Positions 39,657-54,681 are shown, numbered from the stretch's first letter. The stretch is 64,000 nt of DNA from Alphaproteobacteria bacterium (GCA_965237415.1 CBDEFM010000002.1:3520001-3584000), one strand, 5' to 3'. The notes: generated by a model not told the origin, from the letters alone. A program made the numbers and translations.

Positions 39657-40775
39657 CTAGCTGCCGTAGGAGAACGGAAGAAGCCTCGCGTTCCCGTAAG
39701 CCAGGTTCGAGAGCTTGTCGTAGGCGAGCGCCTTCTTGCGGAAGGCGATCAAGCTCTCGAAGACGCGCTGTGTGAGGCCGCCTTCGGCGCCGACCTCGGC
39801 CACCACCTGACCGGACGCCTCGCCGAGCGCGTTCAGCATCTCGTCCGACACGCGCCGCACCTGAACGCCATGCTCGTTGATGAGCGTCTCCAGCGCGTCG
39901 CTGTTGCGCGCGTTGAACTCGGCCAGGACGTAGCTGTTCTCGGCGGCGGCGGCGGTCTGGAACAGGCTCTGATCCGAGGCGCTGAGGCTTTCCCACACTT
40001 CCTTGTTGATGCCGAAGCTCAGGACCGTGCCGGGCTCGTGGAAGCCGGGCCAGTAGTAGTACTTGGTGATCTTGTAGAACCCGAAGGCGAGGTCGTTCCA
40101 CGGCCCCACCCATTCGGTGGCGTCGATCGTGCCCGACTGCAGCGCCGGGAAGATCTCACCGCCGGGCAGGGCGATGGCGGTCGCGCCGACGCGGCGCAGG
40201 ACCTCGCCGCCGAGGCCCGGCATGCGCATCTTGAGGCCCTTGAAGTCCTCGACCGAGTTCATCTCCTTGTTGAACCAGCCGCCCCACTGGACGCCCGTGT
40301 TCCCGGCCATCAGTGGCTTCAGGTTGAAGTCAGCCCCGAGTTCGTCCCAGAGCTCCTGGCCGCCCGCATGGTAGATCCAGGCGTCGACCTCGCTCGCCGT
40401 CAGCCCGAAGGGAACGGTGGCGAAGAAGTTGAAGGCCTTGGACTTGCCCTGCCAGTAGTACTCGGCGGCGTGGTACATGTCCGCAGTCCCCTGGGAGACG
40501 GCGTCGAAGGATTCGAAGGGCGGTACCAGTTCGCCGGCAGCGAACAGCTTGACCTCGATGCGGCCCTCGGTCCCGCTGGTGATGCGGTCGGCGAGACGCT
40601 GCGCGCCGGTCCCGAGGCCGGGGAAGTTCTTCGGCCACGTCGTGACCATCTTCAGTTGCCTCGTGCCCTGCGAGATCGCGGGTGCGGGGAAGCTCGATGC
40701 CGCGGCGGCTGCCACGGCGGCCCCTGCGATAGCCGTTCCCTTGAGGAGGCTGCGTCGTCCTATCTTCATGCTCAT
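39657..40775 (-). CDS. TRAP substrate-binding protein (DctP, TakP-like), Tat-exported
   Basis: GRRSLLK twin-arginine signal, FPAPAI, WPKNFPG, YYWQGK, KMRMPG, EWVGPWND. Confidence 0.93.
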   Translation of the reverse strand: MSMKIGRRSLLKGTAIAGAAVAAAAASSFPAPAISQGTRQLKMVTTWPKNFPGLGTGAQRLADRITSGTEGRIEVKLFAAGELVPPFESFDAVSQGTADMYHAAEYYWQGKSKAFNFFATVPFGLTASEVDAWIYHAGGQELWDELGADFNLKPLMAGNTGVQWGGWFNKEMNSVEDFKGLKMRMPGLGGEVLRRVGATAIALPGGEIFPALQSGTIDATEWVGPWNDLAFGFYKITKYYYWPGFHEPGTVLSFGINKEVWESLSASDQSLFQTAAAAENSYVLAEFNARNSDALETLINEHGVQVRRVSDEMLNALGEASGQVVAEVGAEGGLTQRVFESLIAFRKKALAYDKLSNLAYGNARLLPFSYGS

Positions 40776-40804
40776 GTCCTTGGGTCTCCCCTGGATGGTT
40801 GTGG

Positions 40805-41602
40805 TCAGTGATTCGAGACGTCCTGGCCGCCTTCACGAGCGTCCAGGATCGTCCAGCCGTCGGCGCCATGCACCTCCAGCGGGCGAAAGCGCGCCTTGTA
40901 GTCCATCTTGTCGCAGCCGTCGATCCAGTAGCCGAGATAGAGGTAGGGCAAGGCCCGCTCGCGGGCGTCGCCCAAGAGGCTCAGGATCATGTAGCTGCCT
41001 GGGCTGTCCTTGACCCGTAAGGGCTCGTAGAAGGAATAGACCGCCGACAGCCCATCGGCGACGATATCGAAAACGCAGACGCCGTAGAGGCGCCCGCCGG
41101 AGCTGCGAAACTCGGCAAGGCGGGTTTCGACGGCGCTTTCCTCGACGAGGGCGCCGTAACCCTCGCGCCCCATGCTCGCCATCGTGCCGTCGGGGTGCCG
41201 GGCCGCCAGGTAACGTTGAAAGAGCGCGTGGTGATCGGGCCGGGCCAGTGCCGGCATCACGCTCATCGTGACTTCTGCATTTCTCGCGATGACGCGACGG
41301 AGCGACCGGCTCGGCGTAAACGCGTTCACACAGACCCGCGCCGAGACGCAGGCCCGGCAACCGGGACACGCCGGGCGGTAGGCCGCGAGGTGGCTGCGGC
41401 GAAAGCCCCCGCGCAGCATCTCGTCGTAGGCCAGGTCCGCACGCGGGCCGGCGAGCGCCGTGACGATCGAGCGCTCCCGGCGTCCCGGAAGGTAAGGGCA
41501 GCGCCGGAGCGGCGTCACACCCAAGAAGCTGAGCCCGCCGCCGAACGGAGCCCCGGCCCGCGCCGGGGCTTGTCTCTCAAGCGGACGGTTCTCGCTGGTC
41601 AT
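40805..41602 (-). CDS. Bacterial arginyl/leucyl-tRNA-protein transferase (Ate/Bpt family)
   Basis: CPYL, GFRRS, RPACPGCRAC, LSAVYSFY, YLYLGYWI-GC-KMDYK. Confidence 0.92.
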   Translation of the reverse strand: MTSENRPLERQAPARAGAPFGGGLSFLGVTPLRRCPYLPGRRERSIVTALAGPRADLAYDEMLRGGFRRSHLAAYRPACPGCRACVSARVCVNAFTPSRSLRRVIARNAEVTMSVMPALARPDHHALFQRYLAARHPDGTMASMGREGYGALVEESAVETRLAEFRSSGGRLYGVCVFDIVADGLSAVYSFYEPLRVKDSPGSYMILSLLGDARERALPYLYLGYWIDGCDKMDYKARFRPLEVHGADGWTILDAREGGQDVSNH

Positions 41603-41651
41603 CCGCTCGATTATAGGCCTGTGCCTCAGTTCGCCAAGCAGGCGGTTGAGT

Positions 41652-42914
41652 TCAGACCGCGCGCCAGCCGATATCCCGGCGGCAGAAGCCCTCCGGCCAG
41701 TCGATTCGCCGGACGGCCTCGTAGGCCAGGCTCTGGGCGGCGGCAACGGTCGTGCCCAGCGCAGTGACGCCCAGCACGCGCCCGCCTGCGGCAGCGATGC
41801 CGGCGTCGCCGCGCGCTGTCCCAGCATGGAACACGGTGACATTGCCCAACGCTTCGGCCGCGTCGATGCCGCGAATCGTGCTGCCCTTCTCGTAGGCGCC
41901 GGGATAGCCCTTGGTCGCGAGCACGACGCAGAGCGCGGCCTCGTCGCGCCAGCGCAGGTCGAAGTCCCTGAGCTCGCCGTCATGCGCGGCCATCAGCGCG
42001 GCCAGAAGGTCGGACTTGAGCCGCGGCACGAGCACTTGGCACTCCGGGTCGCCGAATCGGGCGTTGACCTCGAGCAGCTTGGGCCCATCTGCGGTGAGCA
42101 TGAGGCCGGCGTAGAAGACGCCGGTATAGGGCGTGCCGTCCTCCGCCAGGCCGCGCACGAGCGGCGCCACAATCCGCTCGCGCGCCTCCTCGCAAAGCGC
42201 CGGAGTCATTGCCGGCGCCGGGGAGTAGGCGCCCATGCCGCCGGTGTTCGGCCCGGTATCGCCCTCGCCGACGGCCTTGTGGTCCTGCGCCGTCTCCAGC
42301 GGCAACACCGTCTCGCCGTCGATCAGGGCGAAATAGCTGGCCTCCTCGCCCACCAGCATCTCCTCGATCACGAGCTCCGCGCCGGCCTCGCCGAAGGCGC
42401 CATCCAGCGCGGCCCGCGCTGCATCGAGGGCCTCATCCTCCGTCTCGGCGAGCACAACTCCTTTGCCGGCGGCGAGCCCGTCGGCCTTGACCACCACCGG
42501 TGCTCCTTGCTCGGCGATGAACGCCTCGGCCTCCGCGAGCGAATCCGCGCGCCGATAGGCGGCGGTCGGCACGCCGTGGCGCGCGCACATGTCCTTCATG
42601 AAGCCTTTCGATCCCTCGATTCGCGCGGCGGCCGCGCGCGGGCCGAAGGCGGCGATGCCGTCGGCCTCGAGTCGGTCGACGAGGCCTGCGCAAAGCGGCG
42701 CCTCCGGCCCCACCACGACGAAGTCGATCGTCTGCTCGCGGCAGAACGAGACCAGTCCGTCGAAGTCCATGGGGTCCAGCGCTACGCACGTCGCCTCGTT
42801 CTCGATCCCGGCGTTCCCCGGCGCGCACCAGAGCGCGCCCAGCAGCGGCGACGCTGCGAGCTGCCAGCAGAGAGCATGCTCGCGCCCGCCCGAACCCACG
42901 ACCAGAACATTCAT
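41652..42914 (-). CDS. purD: Phosphoribosylamine-glycine ligase
   Basis: GSGGREHAL, GPEAPL, KADGLAAGKGV, QDHK, GPNTGGMG, NARFGDPE. Confidence 0.97.
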   Translation of the reverse strand: MNVLVVGSGGREHALCWQLAASPLLGALWCAPGNAGIENEATCVALDPMDFDGLVSFCREQTIDFVVVGPEAPLCAGLVDRLEADGIAAFGPRAAAARIEGSKGFMKDMCARHGVPTAAYRRADSLAEAEAFIAEQGAPVVVKADGLAAGKGVVLAETEDEALDAARAALDGAFGEAGAELVIEEMLVGEEASYFALIDGETVLPLETAQDHKAVGEGDTGPNTGGMGAYSPAPAMTPALCEEARERIVAPLVRGLAEDGTPYTGVFYAGLMLTADGPKLLEVNARFGDPECQVLVPRLKSDLLAALMAAHDGELRDFDLRWRDEAALCVVLATKGYPGAYEKGSTIRGIDAAEALGNVTVFHAGTARGDAGIAAAGGRVLGVTALGTTVAAAQSLAYEAVRRIDWPEGFCRRDIGWRAV

Positions 42915-43021
42915 GTGCGTCTCTCCGCGCCGATTCAGCCCGGCGCTACGGTACACGCTCAGGCCCGCGCCAGCCCCCGTTCCTCTCGCGATTTTCTTGC
43001 GAAAATGGCCGCTGTTGCCGC

Positions 43022-43050
43022 TTGACGGTGGATAGGCGCGCCACTAGGAT
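43022..43050 (+). promoter_or_regulatory. Sigma70 promoter of the str operon
   Basis: TTGACG-17 nt-TAGGAT followed by GC-rich discriminator GCGCCTC. Confidence 0.75.
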
Positions 43051-43229
43051 GCGCCTCCTTCTTGCCGACGAGGCTGGTCGGCGCGCCTCCGGGCGCCCGC
43101 TGCTATGCCTTGTGTTCGAGAGTGATTCCGATGGGTCGGCGCAGGCCGGCGGCGGGGAAGCGGGCAGTTTCCGCTTGCCCCGGTCCACCTGCACGCGCCG
43201 CACTGCCTGTTGAACCGGGAACCGCCGCA

Positions 43230-43601
43230 ATGCCGACGATCAACCAACTGATTCGCAAGCCGCGCACGCCGCCCGCCGCACGCAACAAGGTGCCGGCGCT
43301 GCAGGCCTGCCCGCAGAAGCGCGGCGTGTGTACCCGGGTCTACACGACCACGCCGAAGAAGCCGAACTCGGCGCTGCGCAAGGTCGCGCGCGTTAGACTC
43401 ACCAACGGTTTCGAGGTGACGAGCTACATTCCCGGCGAGGGGCATAACCTTCAGGAGCACTCGGTGGTGATGATTCGCGGCGGCCGAGTAAAGGACCTGC
43501 CGGGCGTGCGCTACCACATCATTCGCGGCTCGCTCGACACCCAGGGCATCCAGGACCGCCGCCAGCGGCGCTCCAAATACGGCGCCAAGCGCCCGAAATA
43601 G
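43230..43601 (+). CDS. rpsL: 30S ribosomal protein S12
   Basis: [27 protein letters not shown]. Confidence 0.99.
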   Translation: MPTINQLIRKPRTPPAARNKVPALQACPQKRGVCTRVYTTTPKKPNSALRKVARVRLTNGFEVTSYIPGEGHNLQEHSVVMIRGGRVKDLPGVRYHIIRGSLDTQGIQDRRQRRSKYGAKRPK

Positions 43602-43622
43602 AGAAACAGAGGGAACTGCCCG

Positions 43623-44093
43623 GTGTCTCGCCGTCGCGCTGCAGAGCGTCGAACCGTCAATCCCGACCCCCGCCACGGGGATTTGGTGCTGGCGAAGTTC
43701 ATGAACTCCCTGATGCTCGACGGCAAGAAGTCCACTGCCGAGCGCATCGTCTATGGCGCCCTCGACCGGATTCGGGAGAAGACCGGTCAGGACCCGGTCA
43801 GGGTGTTCCACGAGGCGCTCGACAATGTGAAGCCCGCCGTCGAGGTGCGCTCCCGCCGCGTCGGCGGCGCCACCTACCAGGTGCCGACCGAGGTCCGGCC
43901 GGACCGTCGCCAGACGCTCGGGATCCGCTGGCTCATCGGCGCGACGCGCGGCCGCTCCGAGACGACGATGGTCGACCGGCTCAGCAACGAACTCCTCGAC
44001 GCCGCGGCCAACCGCGGCGTTACTGTCAAGAAGCGGGAAGACACCCACCGCATGGCCGAGGCCAACCGCGCTTTTTCGCACTACCGCTGGTAG
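43623..44093 (+). CDS. rpsG: 30S ribosomal protein S7
   Basis: [24 protein letters not shown]. Confidence 0.99.
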   Translation: MSRRRAAERRTVNPDPRHGDLVLAKFMNSLMLDGKKSTAERIVYGALDRIREKTGQDPVRVFHEALDNVKPAVEVRSRRVGGATYQVPTEVRPDRRQTLGIRWLIGATRGRSETTMVDRLSNELLDAAANRGVTVKKREDTHRMAEANRAFSHYRW

Positions 44094-44123
44094 GCGCAGG
44101 CGTTCGCGGACAAGAAAAAGATC

Positions 44124-46199
<2,076 letters not shown>

Positions 46200-46239
46200 T
46201 CGAGTGGCCGCGACCAAGACCTCCTGAGAGAGAGCACCG

Positions 46240-47431
<1,192 letters not shown>

Positions 47432-47466
47432 TCAAGGCGAGCAGGGGAAGGGGCCGGACAGGCACA

Positions 47467-47781
47467 ATGGCCATCGACAGCCAAAATATCAGGATCCGCC
47501 TCAAGGCGTTCGATCACCGCGTGCTCGACGCGTCGACGAGCGAGATCGTGAACACGGCCAAGCGTACCGGCGCGCAGGTGCGCGGCCCGATCCCGCTGCC
47601 GACCAGGATCGAGAAGTACACGGTGCTGCGCTCGCCCCATATCGACAAGAAGTCGCGTGAGCAGTTCGAGATCCGCACCCACAAGCGGCTTCTCGATATC
47701 GTCGATCCCACGCCGCAGACCGTCGATGCACTCATGAAGTTGGACCTCGCCGCCGGGGTCGACGTCGAGATCAGGTTGTAG
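47467..47781 (+). CDS. rpsJ: 30S ribosomal protein S10
   Basis: [25 protein letters not shown]. Confidence 0.99.
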   Translation: MAIDSQNIRIRLKAFDHRVLDASTSEIVNTAKRTGAQVRGPIPLPTRIEKYTVLRSPHIDKKSREQFEIRTHKRLLDIVDPTPQTVDALMKLDLAAGVDVEIRL

Positions 47782-47790
47782 GAGGGCGTT

Positions 47791-48591
47791 ATGGCAGGCC
47801 AGGCGGCAGCGCGCAGACGCACGGGGGTGATTACCGAGAAGCTCGGCATGTCGCGCGTCTTCAACGACGCCGGCGAGCATGTGCCGGTGACCGTGCTGCG
47901 CATCGAGAACTGCCAGGTTATTGCCCAGCGGACCCAGGGTCAGGGCGGCTATGTCGCCCTGCAGCTCGGCGCCGGCCGCGTCAAGGTCAAGAATACCTCC
48001 CGCGCCCTGCGCGGCCACTTCGCGAAGGCGCGGATCGAGCCCAAGCGCCATCTGATCGAATTCCGCGTCAGCGAGGATGCGCTCGTGGATGTGGGTGCCA
48101 CGCTCGGCGCCGACCACTTCGCTGCCGGGCAGTTCGTCGATGCGGTCGGCACCTCCATCGGCAAGGGCTTCGCCGGCGCGATGAAGCGGCACAACTTCAG
48201 CGGCCTGCGCGCGAGCCACGGCGTTTCCGTCTCGCACCGCTCCCACGGCTCGACCGGCCAGTGCCAGGATCCCGGCAAGGTGTTCAAGGGCAAGAAGATG
48301 GCGGGCCAACTCGGCAATGCGCGCGCGACCGTGCAGAACCTCGAGGTCGTGGCGACGGATGCGGCGCGAGGCCTGATCATGGTGAAGGGCGGCGTCCCCG
48401 GCCCGAAGGGCGGCGTCGTGCTTCTGTCGGATGCGAAGAAGCGCCGCCTGCCGGACGACGTTCCGTTCCCGGCGGGCCTCCTGGCGGAGCCTGAACCGGA
48501 GGTGGCTGAAGAGACTGCGCCCGCAGTTGAGGCGGCGGCGGAGAGCGGCGATGAAGATGCGGCCGACGGCGGTGAGGAGGAGTCCTCGTGA
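47791..48591 (+). CDS. rplC: 50S ribosomal protein L3 (acidic C-terminal tail)
   Basis: [25 protein letters not shown]. Confidence 0.98.
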   Translation: MAGQAAARRRTGVITEKLGMSRVFNDAGEHVPVTVLRIENCQVIAQRTQGQGGYVALQLGAGRVKVKNTSRALRGHFAKARIEPKRHLIEFRVSEDALVDVGATLGADHFAAGQFVDAVGTSIGKGFAGAMKRHNFSGLRASHGVSVSHRSHGSTGQCQDPGKVFKGKKMAGQLGNARATVQNLEVVATDAARGLIMVKGGVPGPKGGVVLLSDAKKRRLPDDVPFPAGLLAEPEPEVAEETAPAVEAAAESGDEDAADGGEEESS

Positions 48592-49208
48592 AGGTCGACG
48601 TCATCGACTTCGACGCCAAGCGCGTTGGCAAGATCGAGCTTGCCGACGAGGTGTTCGGCGTGGCCGTGCGGCCCGACCTGATGCACCGCACGGTACGCTG
48701 GCAGCTCGCGAAGCGGCGCGCCGGCACGCACAAGACCAAGTCGGTCGCGGAGATCCGTGGGTCCACGCGCAAGCCCTTCAAGCAGAAGGGCACGGGCCGC
48801 GCCCGCGCAGGCTCCCGCCGGGCGCCGCACCACCGGGGCGGCGTGGCGATATTCGGCCCTGTGCTGCGCGATCACGCTCACAAGCTGCCCAAGAAGGTCC
48901 GCAAGCTCGCGCTCAAGTCCGCGCTCTCCAGCAAGCAGGCCGACGGCAAGCTCTTGATCGTCGACTCCCTCGACCTCGACTCGGCCAAGACCCGTGTTCT
49001 TGCCGAGCGGCTCGCAGGTTTAGGCTGGTCGTCGGCGCTGATAATCGATGGCGACGAGATCGATAGCGGTTTCGCCAGAGCGGCTCGCAATCTGACCGGG
49101 GTTCAGGTGCTCCCCCAGATGGGCGCCAATGTCTACGACATCCTCCGCCGCGATCGCCTGGTGCTGACTCGCAAGGCGGTGGAAGACCTGCAGGCGCGGC
49201 TGACATGA
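48588..49208 (+). CDS. rplD: 50S ribosomal protein L4
   Basis: [18 protein letters not shown]. Confidence 0.98.
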   Translation: MKVDVIDFDAKRVGKIELADEVFGVAVRPDLMHRTVRWQLAKRRAGTHKTKSVAEIRGSTRKPFKQKGTGRARAGSRRAPHHRGGVAIFGPVLRDHAHKLPKKVRKLALKSALSSKQADGKLLIVDSLDLDSAKTRVLAERLAGLGWSSALIIDGDEIDSGFARAARNLTGVQVLPQMGANVYDILRRDRLVLTRKAVEDLQARLT

Positions 49209-49510
49209 GCACGGAACCCAAGGAGCGCTGGTACGACACGATCCTCGGTCCCGTGGTGACCGAGAAGTCGACCCAGGGCTCGGAACACAACCAGGTCACC
49301 TTCAAGGTGCGTACCGACGCAACCAAGCCGCAGATCAAGGAGGCCGTCGAAGGCCTGTTCGAGGTCAAGGTGCGGAAGGTCAACACGAGCCTGGTCAAGG
49401 GCAAGGTCAAGCGGGGCCGCGGCGGCCGGCTTGGCAAGCGCTCGGATTGGAAGAAGGCAACGGTATCGCTCGGCGAGGGCGATACGATCGACGTGATGAC
49501 CGGGCTTTAG
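49205..49510 (+). CDS. rplW: 50S ribosomal protein L23
   Basis: [22 protein letters not shown]. Confidence 0.97.
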   Translation: MSTEPKERWYDTILGPVVTEKSTQGSEHNQVTFKVRTDATKPQIKEAVEGLFEVKVRKVNTSLVKGKVKRGRGGRLGKRSDWKKATVSLGEGDTIDVMTGL

Positions 49511-49513
49511 GCA

Positions 49514-50341
49514 ATGGCTCTCAAGCACTTCAAGCCGACCACGCCAGGGCGCCGCCAGCTCATCCTGGTGGACCGCTCCGATCTCTGGAAGGGAAAGCCG
49601 GTCAAGGCGCTCACCGAGGGGCTCAGCCAGAAGGGTGGGCGCAACAGCGACGGCCGCATCACCATGCGCCACCGCGGCGGGGGCCACAAGCGCCGCTACC
49701 GCAACATCGACTTCAAGCGCCGCAAATTCGACGTGCCGGCGACGGTGGAGCGGCTCGAGTACGACCCCAACCGCTCGGCCTTCATCGCGCTGGTCCGCTA
49801 TGAAGACGGCGAGCAGGCTTACATCCTGGCCCCGCAGCGGGTCTCGCCGGGCGATAAGGTGGTCTCCGGCGATCGCTGCGACATCAAGCCCGGCAACGCG
49901 ATGCCGATGAGCAACATCCCCGTCGGCACCATCATCCATAACGTCGAGATGAAGCCGGGGAAGGGCGGCCAGATCGCACGCTCCGCCGGCAACTACGTGC
50001 AGCTGGTCGGCAAGGATCAGGGCTACGCCCTGCTCCGGTTGCCGTCCGGCGAGCAGCGGATGGTCCATGCCCGATGTATGGCCACCATCGGCGCGGTCTC
50101 CAACCCCGATAACCAGAACACCAATCAGGGCAAGGCGGGCCGGATGCGTTGGAGAGGTCGTCGGCCGTCGGTGCGTGGCGTCGCCATGAACCCGGTCGAC
50201 CATCCCCACGGCGGCGGCGAGGGGAAGTCCTCGGGCGGGCGACATCCGGTCACCCCCTGGGGCGTGCCGACCAAGGGCAAGCGCACGCGGAGCAACAAGC
50301 GAACCGACCGCTTCATCATGCGGCGTCGGGGCAAGAAATAG
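49514..50341 (+). CDS. rplB: 50S ribosomal protein L2
   Basis: [25 protein letters not shown]. Confidence 0.99.
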   Translation: MALKHFKPTTPGRRQLILVDRSDLWKGKPVKALTEGLSQKGGRNSDGRITMRHRGGGHKRRYRNIDFKRRKFDVPATVERLEYDPNRSAFIALVRYEDGEQAYILAPQRVSPGDKVVSGDRCDIKPGNAMPMSNIPVGTIIHNVEMKPGKGGQIARSAGNYVQLVGKDQGYALLRLPSGEQRMVHARCMATIGAVSNPDNQNTNQGKAGRMRWRGRRPSVRGVAMNPVDHPHGGGEGKSSGGRHPVTPWGVPTKGKRTRSNKRTDRFIMRRRGKK

Positions 50342-50356
50342 GGCGGGGGACAGTCG

Positions 50357-50635
50357 ATGGCGCGTTCCGTATGGAAGGGCCCCTTCGTCGACGGCTATCT
50401 TCTCAAGAAGGCCGAGCAGGCGCGGGCGAGCGGCCGCAAGGATATCATCCGCACGTGGTCGCGGCGATCCACGATCCTGCCGCAGTTCGTGGGCCTCACC
50501 TTTGGCGTCTACAACGGGCGCAAGTTCCTGCCGGTGCTGGTCAACGAGAACATGGTCGGCCACAAGTTCGGCGAGTTTTCGCCGACGCGGGTCTTCCACG
50601 GCCATGCCGGCGACAAGAGAGCACGGCGGGGCTGA
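50357..50635 (+). CDS. rpsS: 30S ribosomal protein S19
   Basis: [22 protein letters not shown]. Confidence 0.98.
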   Translation: MARSVWKGPFVDGYLLKKAEQARASGRKDIIRTWSRRSTILPQFVGLTFGVYNGRKFLPVLVNENMVGHKFGEFSPTRVFHGHAGDKRARRG

Positions 50636-50637
50636 CC

Positions 50638-51018
50638 ATGGGCAAGTTGGCACGTCCCCGGCGGCTGGGTGAGACCGAAGCCCAGGCCAAGATCCGGAAC
50701 CTCCGGATCAGCCCGCAGAAGCTCGGCCTGGTCACCGCGACCATACGAGGACGCCCGGTGGACGAGGCGCTCATCACGCTCGCCAACTCGCGCCGCCGCA
50801 TCGCCGGCGACGTGCGCAAGTGCCTGCAGTCGGCGATCGCGAACGCGGAGAACAATCACGAGCTGGACGTGGACCGGCTCGTCGTCGCCGATGCGGCAGT
50901 CGGCAAGGGACTGGTGATGAAGCGCTGGCGGCCGAGAGCCCGCGGGCGGGCCGGGCGCGTGATAAAGCCGTTCAGCCATCTCACCATCGTGGTGCGCGAA
51001 CGCGCGAAGGGGGCCTGA
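50638..51018 (+). CDS. rplV: 50S ribosomal protein L22
   Basis: [23 protein letters not shown]. Confidence 0.97.
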   Translation: MGKLARPRRLGETEAQAKIRNLRISPQKLGLVTATIRGRPVDEALITLANSRRRIAGDVRKCLQSAIANAENNHELDVDRLVVADAAVGKGLVMKRWRPRARGRAGRVIKPFSHLTIVVRERAKGA

Positions 51019-51695
51019 TGGGCCAGAAGGTCAATCCCGTCGGGCTGCGCCTCGGCATCAACCGTACCTGGGACTCGCGCTGGTATGCCGATGACGGCTA
51101 TGCCCAGCTGCTGCACGAGGATCTGCAGATCCGGCAATTCCTGTTCAAGCGGCTGAGCCAGGCGGGCATCGGGCGCATTGTCATCGAGCGCCCGGCCAAG
51201 AAGGCGCGCATCACCATCCACACCGCGCGGCCGGGCGTCGTGATCGGCAAGAAGGGTGCGGACATCGAGCGGCTCCGCACCGACGTCACCAAGATGACGC
51301 GGAGCGATGTCCACCTGAACATCGTCGAGATTCGCAAGCCCGAGATCGAGGCCAAGCTGGTGGCCGAGAATATCGCCCAGCAGCTGGTGCGTCGGGTGGC
51401 CTTTCGGCGCGCCATGAAGCGGGCGGTGCAATCGGCGATCAGGCTCGGCGCGCAAGGCATCCGCATCAACTGCGGCGGCCGGCTGGGCGGCGCTGAGATC
51501 GCGCGAACCGAGTGGTATCGCGAGGGCCGGGTCCCGCTCCACACGCTCAGGGCCGACGTCGATTTCGGGCTCGCCACGGCACGCACGGCCTACGGCACCT
51601 GCGGAGTCAAGGTCTGGGTGTTCAAGGGCGAGATCATGGCGCACGACCCCATGGCGCAGGACAAGCGCGCCATGGAGCAGGCCACGCCCCGCTAG
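51018..51695 (+). CDS. rpsC: 30S ribosomal protein S3
   Basis: [30 protein letters not shown]. Confidence 0.99.
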   Translation: MGQKVNPVGLRLGINRTWDSRWYADDGYAQLLHEDLQIRQFLFKRLSQAGIGRIVIERPAKKARITIHTARPGVVIGKKGADIERLRTDVTKMTRSDVHLNIVEIRKPEIEAKLVAENIAQQLVRRVAFRRAMKRAVQSAIRLGAQGIRINCGGRLGGAEIARTEWYREGRVPLHTLRADVDFGLATARTAYGTCGVKVWVFKGEIMAHDPMAQDKRAMEQATPR

Positions 51696-51716
51696 GGCCG
51701 GGACTGGAACCGGATC

Positions 51717-52139
51717 ATGCAGCAGCCGAAATCCACCAAGTACCGCAAGGCTCACAAGGGCCGGATCCATGGCAATGCCAAGGGCGGCACGCAGCTCAAT
51801 TTCGGTGCTTACGGACTGAAGGCGATCACGCCCGGCCGCATGACGGCGCGCGAGATCGAGGCCGGGCGGCGTACCATCACCCGGCACATGAAGCGTGCCG
51901 GCAAGATCTGGATCCGCGTGTTCCCGGACGTGCCTGTTTCCACCAAGCCTGCCGAGGTGCGGATGGGCAAGGGCAAGGGCGCGCCGGAATACTGGGTCGC
52001 GCGGGTCAAGCCCGGGCGCATCATGTTCGAGGTCGACGGTGTGCCGCGCGCGGTGGCGGAAGAGGCGTTCCGGCGTGCGTCCGCAAAGTTCAGGGTGCGC
52101 ACCAAGCTGATCACGCGGCTCGGCGAAGGGGCGTCGTGA
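51717..52139 (+). CDS. rplP: 50S ribosomal protein L16
   Basis: [22 protein letters not shown]. Confidence 0.98.
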   Translation: MQQPKSTKYRKAHKGRIHGNAKGGTQLNFGAYGLKAITPGRMTAREIEAGRRTITRHMKRAGKIWIRVFPDVPVSTKPAEVRMGKGKGAPEYWVARVKPGRIMFEVDGVPRAVAEEAFRRASAKFRVRTKLITRLGEGAS

Positions 52140-52345
52140 TGAACGGCGTGGAAATCCGCCTCAAGACCGACGACGAGCTCAAGACGATGCTGCTCGCGTT
52201 GAAGAAGGAGGCGTTCAACCTGCGCTTCCGGCGGGCGTCCGGCCAGCTGGAGAATACCGCGCGCATGCGCGCCGTCAGACGCAACGTGGCCCGCATCAAG
52301 ACGATCGTCGCAGAGCGCAGGCGCGCTGCCGGCGGCGAGGCCTGA
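52139..52345 (+). CDS. rpmC: 50S ribosomal protein L29
   Basis: [23 protein letters not shown]. Confidence 0.96.
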   Translation: MNGVEIRLKTDDELKTMLLALKKEAFNLRFRRASGQLENTARMRAVRRNVARIKTIVAERRRAAGGEA

Positions 52346-52376
52346 GGGTGAGAGCGATGGGTGAAGGAGAGCTGAC

Positions 52377-52625
52377 ATGCCGCGCCGTGTGATGCGGGGC
52401 ACCGTGGTCGGCGACAAGGCGGACAAGACCGTCGTCGTGCGGGTCGACCGCCGCGTCATGCACCCGCTCTACAAGAAGGTCGTGCGCCGCTCCAAGCGCT
52501 ACGCCGCGCATGACGACGGCAACAAGCACAAGGTCGGCGATATCGTGCAGATTCGCGAGTGTGCCCCCATCTCCAAGAGTAAGCGCTGGATCGTGTTCGA
52601 CGATGCCGGCGCCGAGCAGCACTGA
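52377..52625 (+). CDS. rpsQ: 30S ribosomal protein S17
   Basis: [20 protein letters not shown]. Confidence 0.97.
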   Translation: MPRRVMRGTVVGDKADKTVVVRVDRRVMHPLYKKVVRRSKRYAAHDDGNKHKVGDIVQIRECAPISKSKRWIVFDDAGAEQH

Positions 52626-52658
52626 ACGTCACGGCAGGCAGCGGAAGGGTCGGGTACC

Positions 52659-53027
52659 ATGATTCAGATGCAGACAAATCTGGACGTCGCCGACAATTCC
52701 GGTGCCAGGCGCGTGCAGTGCGTGAAGGTGCTCGGTGGCTCGAAGCGCAGGACCGCCTCGGTCGGCGACACGATCGTCGTCACCGTCAAGGAGGCAATCC
52801 CGCGCGGCAAGGTGCGCAAGGGCGAGCTTCACCGCGCCGTCATCGTGCGGACCGCGAAAGAGATCCGGCGCCCGGATGGCAGCGCGATCCGCTTCGACCG
52901 CAATGCGGCTGTGCTCATCACCGCCCAGGGAGAGCCGATCGGGACCCGCATCTTTGGGCCGGTGACCCGCGAGCTCCGTCAGCGCCAGTACATGAAAATC
53001 ATCTCACTCGCGCCCGAGGTGTTGTGA
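52659..53027 (+). CDS. rplN: 50S ribosomal protein L14
   Basis: [22 protein letters not shown]. Confidence 0.99.
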   Translation: MIQMQTNLDVADNSGARRVQCVKVLGGSKRRTASVGDTIVVTVKEAIPRGKVRKGELHRAVIVRTAKEIRRPDGSAIRFDRNAAVLITAQGEPIGTRIFGPVTRELRQRQYMKIISLAPEVL

Positions 53028-53033
53028 GCCGCC

Positions 53034-53357
53034 ATGCGCAAGCGAAAGATACGCAAGGATGACGAGGTCATCGTCCTCACCGGGCGAGACAAGGGTAAGC
53101 GCGGCGCCGTGCTGAGAGTGGTGACCAAGACCGACCGTGTGCTCATCGAGGGCGTCAACGTGACCAAACGCCACGTCAAGCCGACCCAGGCCGATCCGCA
53201 GGGCGGCATCGTCCAGCGGGAGGCGCCGATCCACATCTCGAACGTGGCGCTGATCGATCCCGAAAGCGACCGGCCCACCCGTGTTCGCTACAAGAGGCTC
53301 GCGGACGGGCGCAAGGTGCGTGTCGCGGCCCGCTCGGGGGAAGTGATCGATGTCTGA
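53034..53357 (+). CDS. rplX: 50S ribosomal protein L24
   Basis: KOW-like [22 protein letters not shown]. Confidence 0.98.
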   Translation: MRKRKIRKDDEVIVLTGRDKGKRGAVLRVVTKTDRVLIEGVNVTKRHVKPTQADPQGGIVQREAPIHISNVALIDPESDRPTRVRYKRLADGRKVRVAARSGEVIDV

Positions 53358-53946
53358 GACGAACGGCCAGTCGAACGCTGGGGCAAACGGCGAGTCGAAC
53401 GGGCAGAGCCGGCTCAGGCTGCTCTACGAGAGCGAGATCAGGGCCCAGCTGATAGAGCAGTTCGGCTACACCAATCTCATGCAGGCGCCCAAGCTCGAGA
53501 AGATCGTTCTCAACATGGGCGTGGGCGAAGGGGTGACCGACAACAAGAAGATCGAAGCCGCAGTTCAGAACATGACCCTGATCGCGGGCCAGAAGCCGAT
53601 CATCACCAAGGCGCGCAAGTCTATCGCCGCGTTCAAGGTGCGCACCGGCATGCAGGTCGGCTGCAAGACGACGCTCCGCCGCGAGAGGATGTACGAGTTC
53701 CTTGACCGGCTGATCACAATTGCGCTGCCCCGGGTGCGCGACTTTCGCGGCCTTTCCGGGCGCGCGTTCGACGGCCGGGGCAACTATGCGCTAGGCCTCA
53801 AGGAGCAGATCGTCTTTCCCGAAATCGACTACGACAAGGTCGATCAGGTGCGGGGTATGAATGTCGTCATTTGCACGACGGCGAGGACCGATGATGAGGG
53901 CCGCGCGCTGCTTGCCGGCTTTCAGATGCCGTTCGTCGGCCAGTGA
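53350..53946 (+). CDS. rplE: 50S ribosomal protein L5 with N-terminal extension
   Basis: [28 protein letters not shown]. Confidence 0.98.
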   Translation: MSETNGQSNAGANGESNGQSRLRLLYESEIRAQLIEQFGYTNLMQAPKLEKIVLNMGVGEGVTDNKKIEAAVQNMTLIAGQKPIITKARKSIAAFKVRTGMQVGCKTTLRRERMYEFLDRLITIALPRVRDFRGLSGRAFDGRGNYALGLKEQIVFPEIDYDKVDQVRGMNVVICTTARTDDEGRALLAGFQMPFVGQ

Positions 53947-53969
53947 GCGCGGAGGAGCCGGGCTGAAAG

Positions 53970-54275
53970 ATGGCGAAGAAGAGCACGATCGAGAAGAACA
54001 AGCGGCGCCAGCAGATGGCGAAGCGGGATGCGGCCAAGCGGGCAGATCTGCGCGCCATCGTGCGCGACCGCTCGCTCCCGGCGGAGGAACGCTTCGCGGC
54101 GCAGCTCAAGCTCGCGCAGCTGCCGCGCAACGGGGCGCAGGTCCGGGTGCGGAACCGCTGTGGGCTGACCGGCCGGCCGCGCGGCAACTACCGCAAGTTC
54201 GGGCTGTCGCGTATTGCACTCCGGGAGCTCGCCTCGGCGGGGCAGGTGCCCGGTATGGTGAAATCGAGCTGGTGA
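53970..54275 (+). CDS. rpsN: 30S ribosomal protein S14 (long, zinc-independent type)
   Basis: 101 aa, [19 protein letters not shown]. Confidence 0.98.
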   Translation: MAKKSTIEKNKRRQQMAKRDAAKRADLRAIVRDRSLPAEERFAAQLKLAQLPRNGAQVRVRNRCGLTGRPRGNYRKFGLSRIALRELASAGQVPGMVKSSW

Positions 54276-54285
54276 GGCGCACGCC

Positions 54286-54681
54286 ATGATGACCGATCCT
54301 CTGGCGGACATGCTGACCCGTATTCGCAACGGGCAGCAGGCACGCAAGACCTCCGTCATGTCGCCGGCGTCCAAGCTGCGCGGTTCCGTGCTCGATGCTC
54401 TCGAGCGCGAGGGCTTCATCCGCGGCTACGCGGCAGCGGAATCGGATACCGGCAAGCCGGCGTTCTCGATCGAGCTGAAATACCATGAAGGCCGGCCGGT
54501 GATCGCCGAGCTTCAGCGGATATCGAAGCCAGGGCGGCGGGTCTATTCAGGCATTAAGGGCCTGCCCCGGTACTACGGCGGACTAGGGATTTCCATTCTC
54601 TCAACGCCGCGCGGCGTGCTCTCCGACAATGAGGCGCGCAAGCAGAATGTCGGCGGCGAAGTGCTCTGCCGGGTGTTCTGA
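54286..54681 (+). CDS. rpsH: 30S ribosomal protein S8
   Basis: [26 protein letters not shown]. Confidence 0.98.
   Translation: MMTDPLADMLTRIRNGQQARKTSVMSPASKLRGSVLDALEREGFIRGYAAAESDTGKPAFSIELKYHEGRPVIAELQRISKPGRRVYSGIKGLPRYYGGLGISILSTPRGVLSDNEARKQNVGGEVLCRVF

Noticed and set aside
53970-54275. Zinc-independent S14 as a zinc-starvation paralog
   Set aside because: The long Cys-poor form in the spc operon is the normal proteobacterial type
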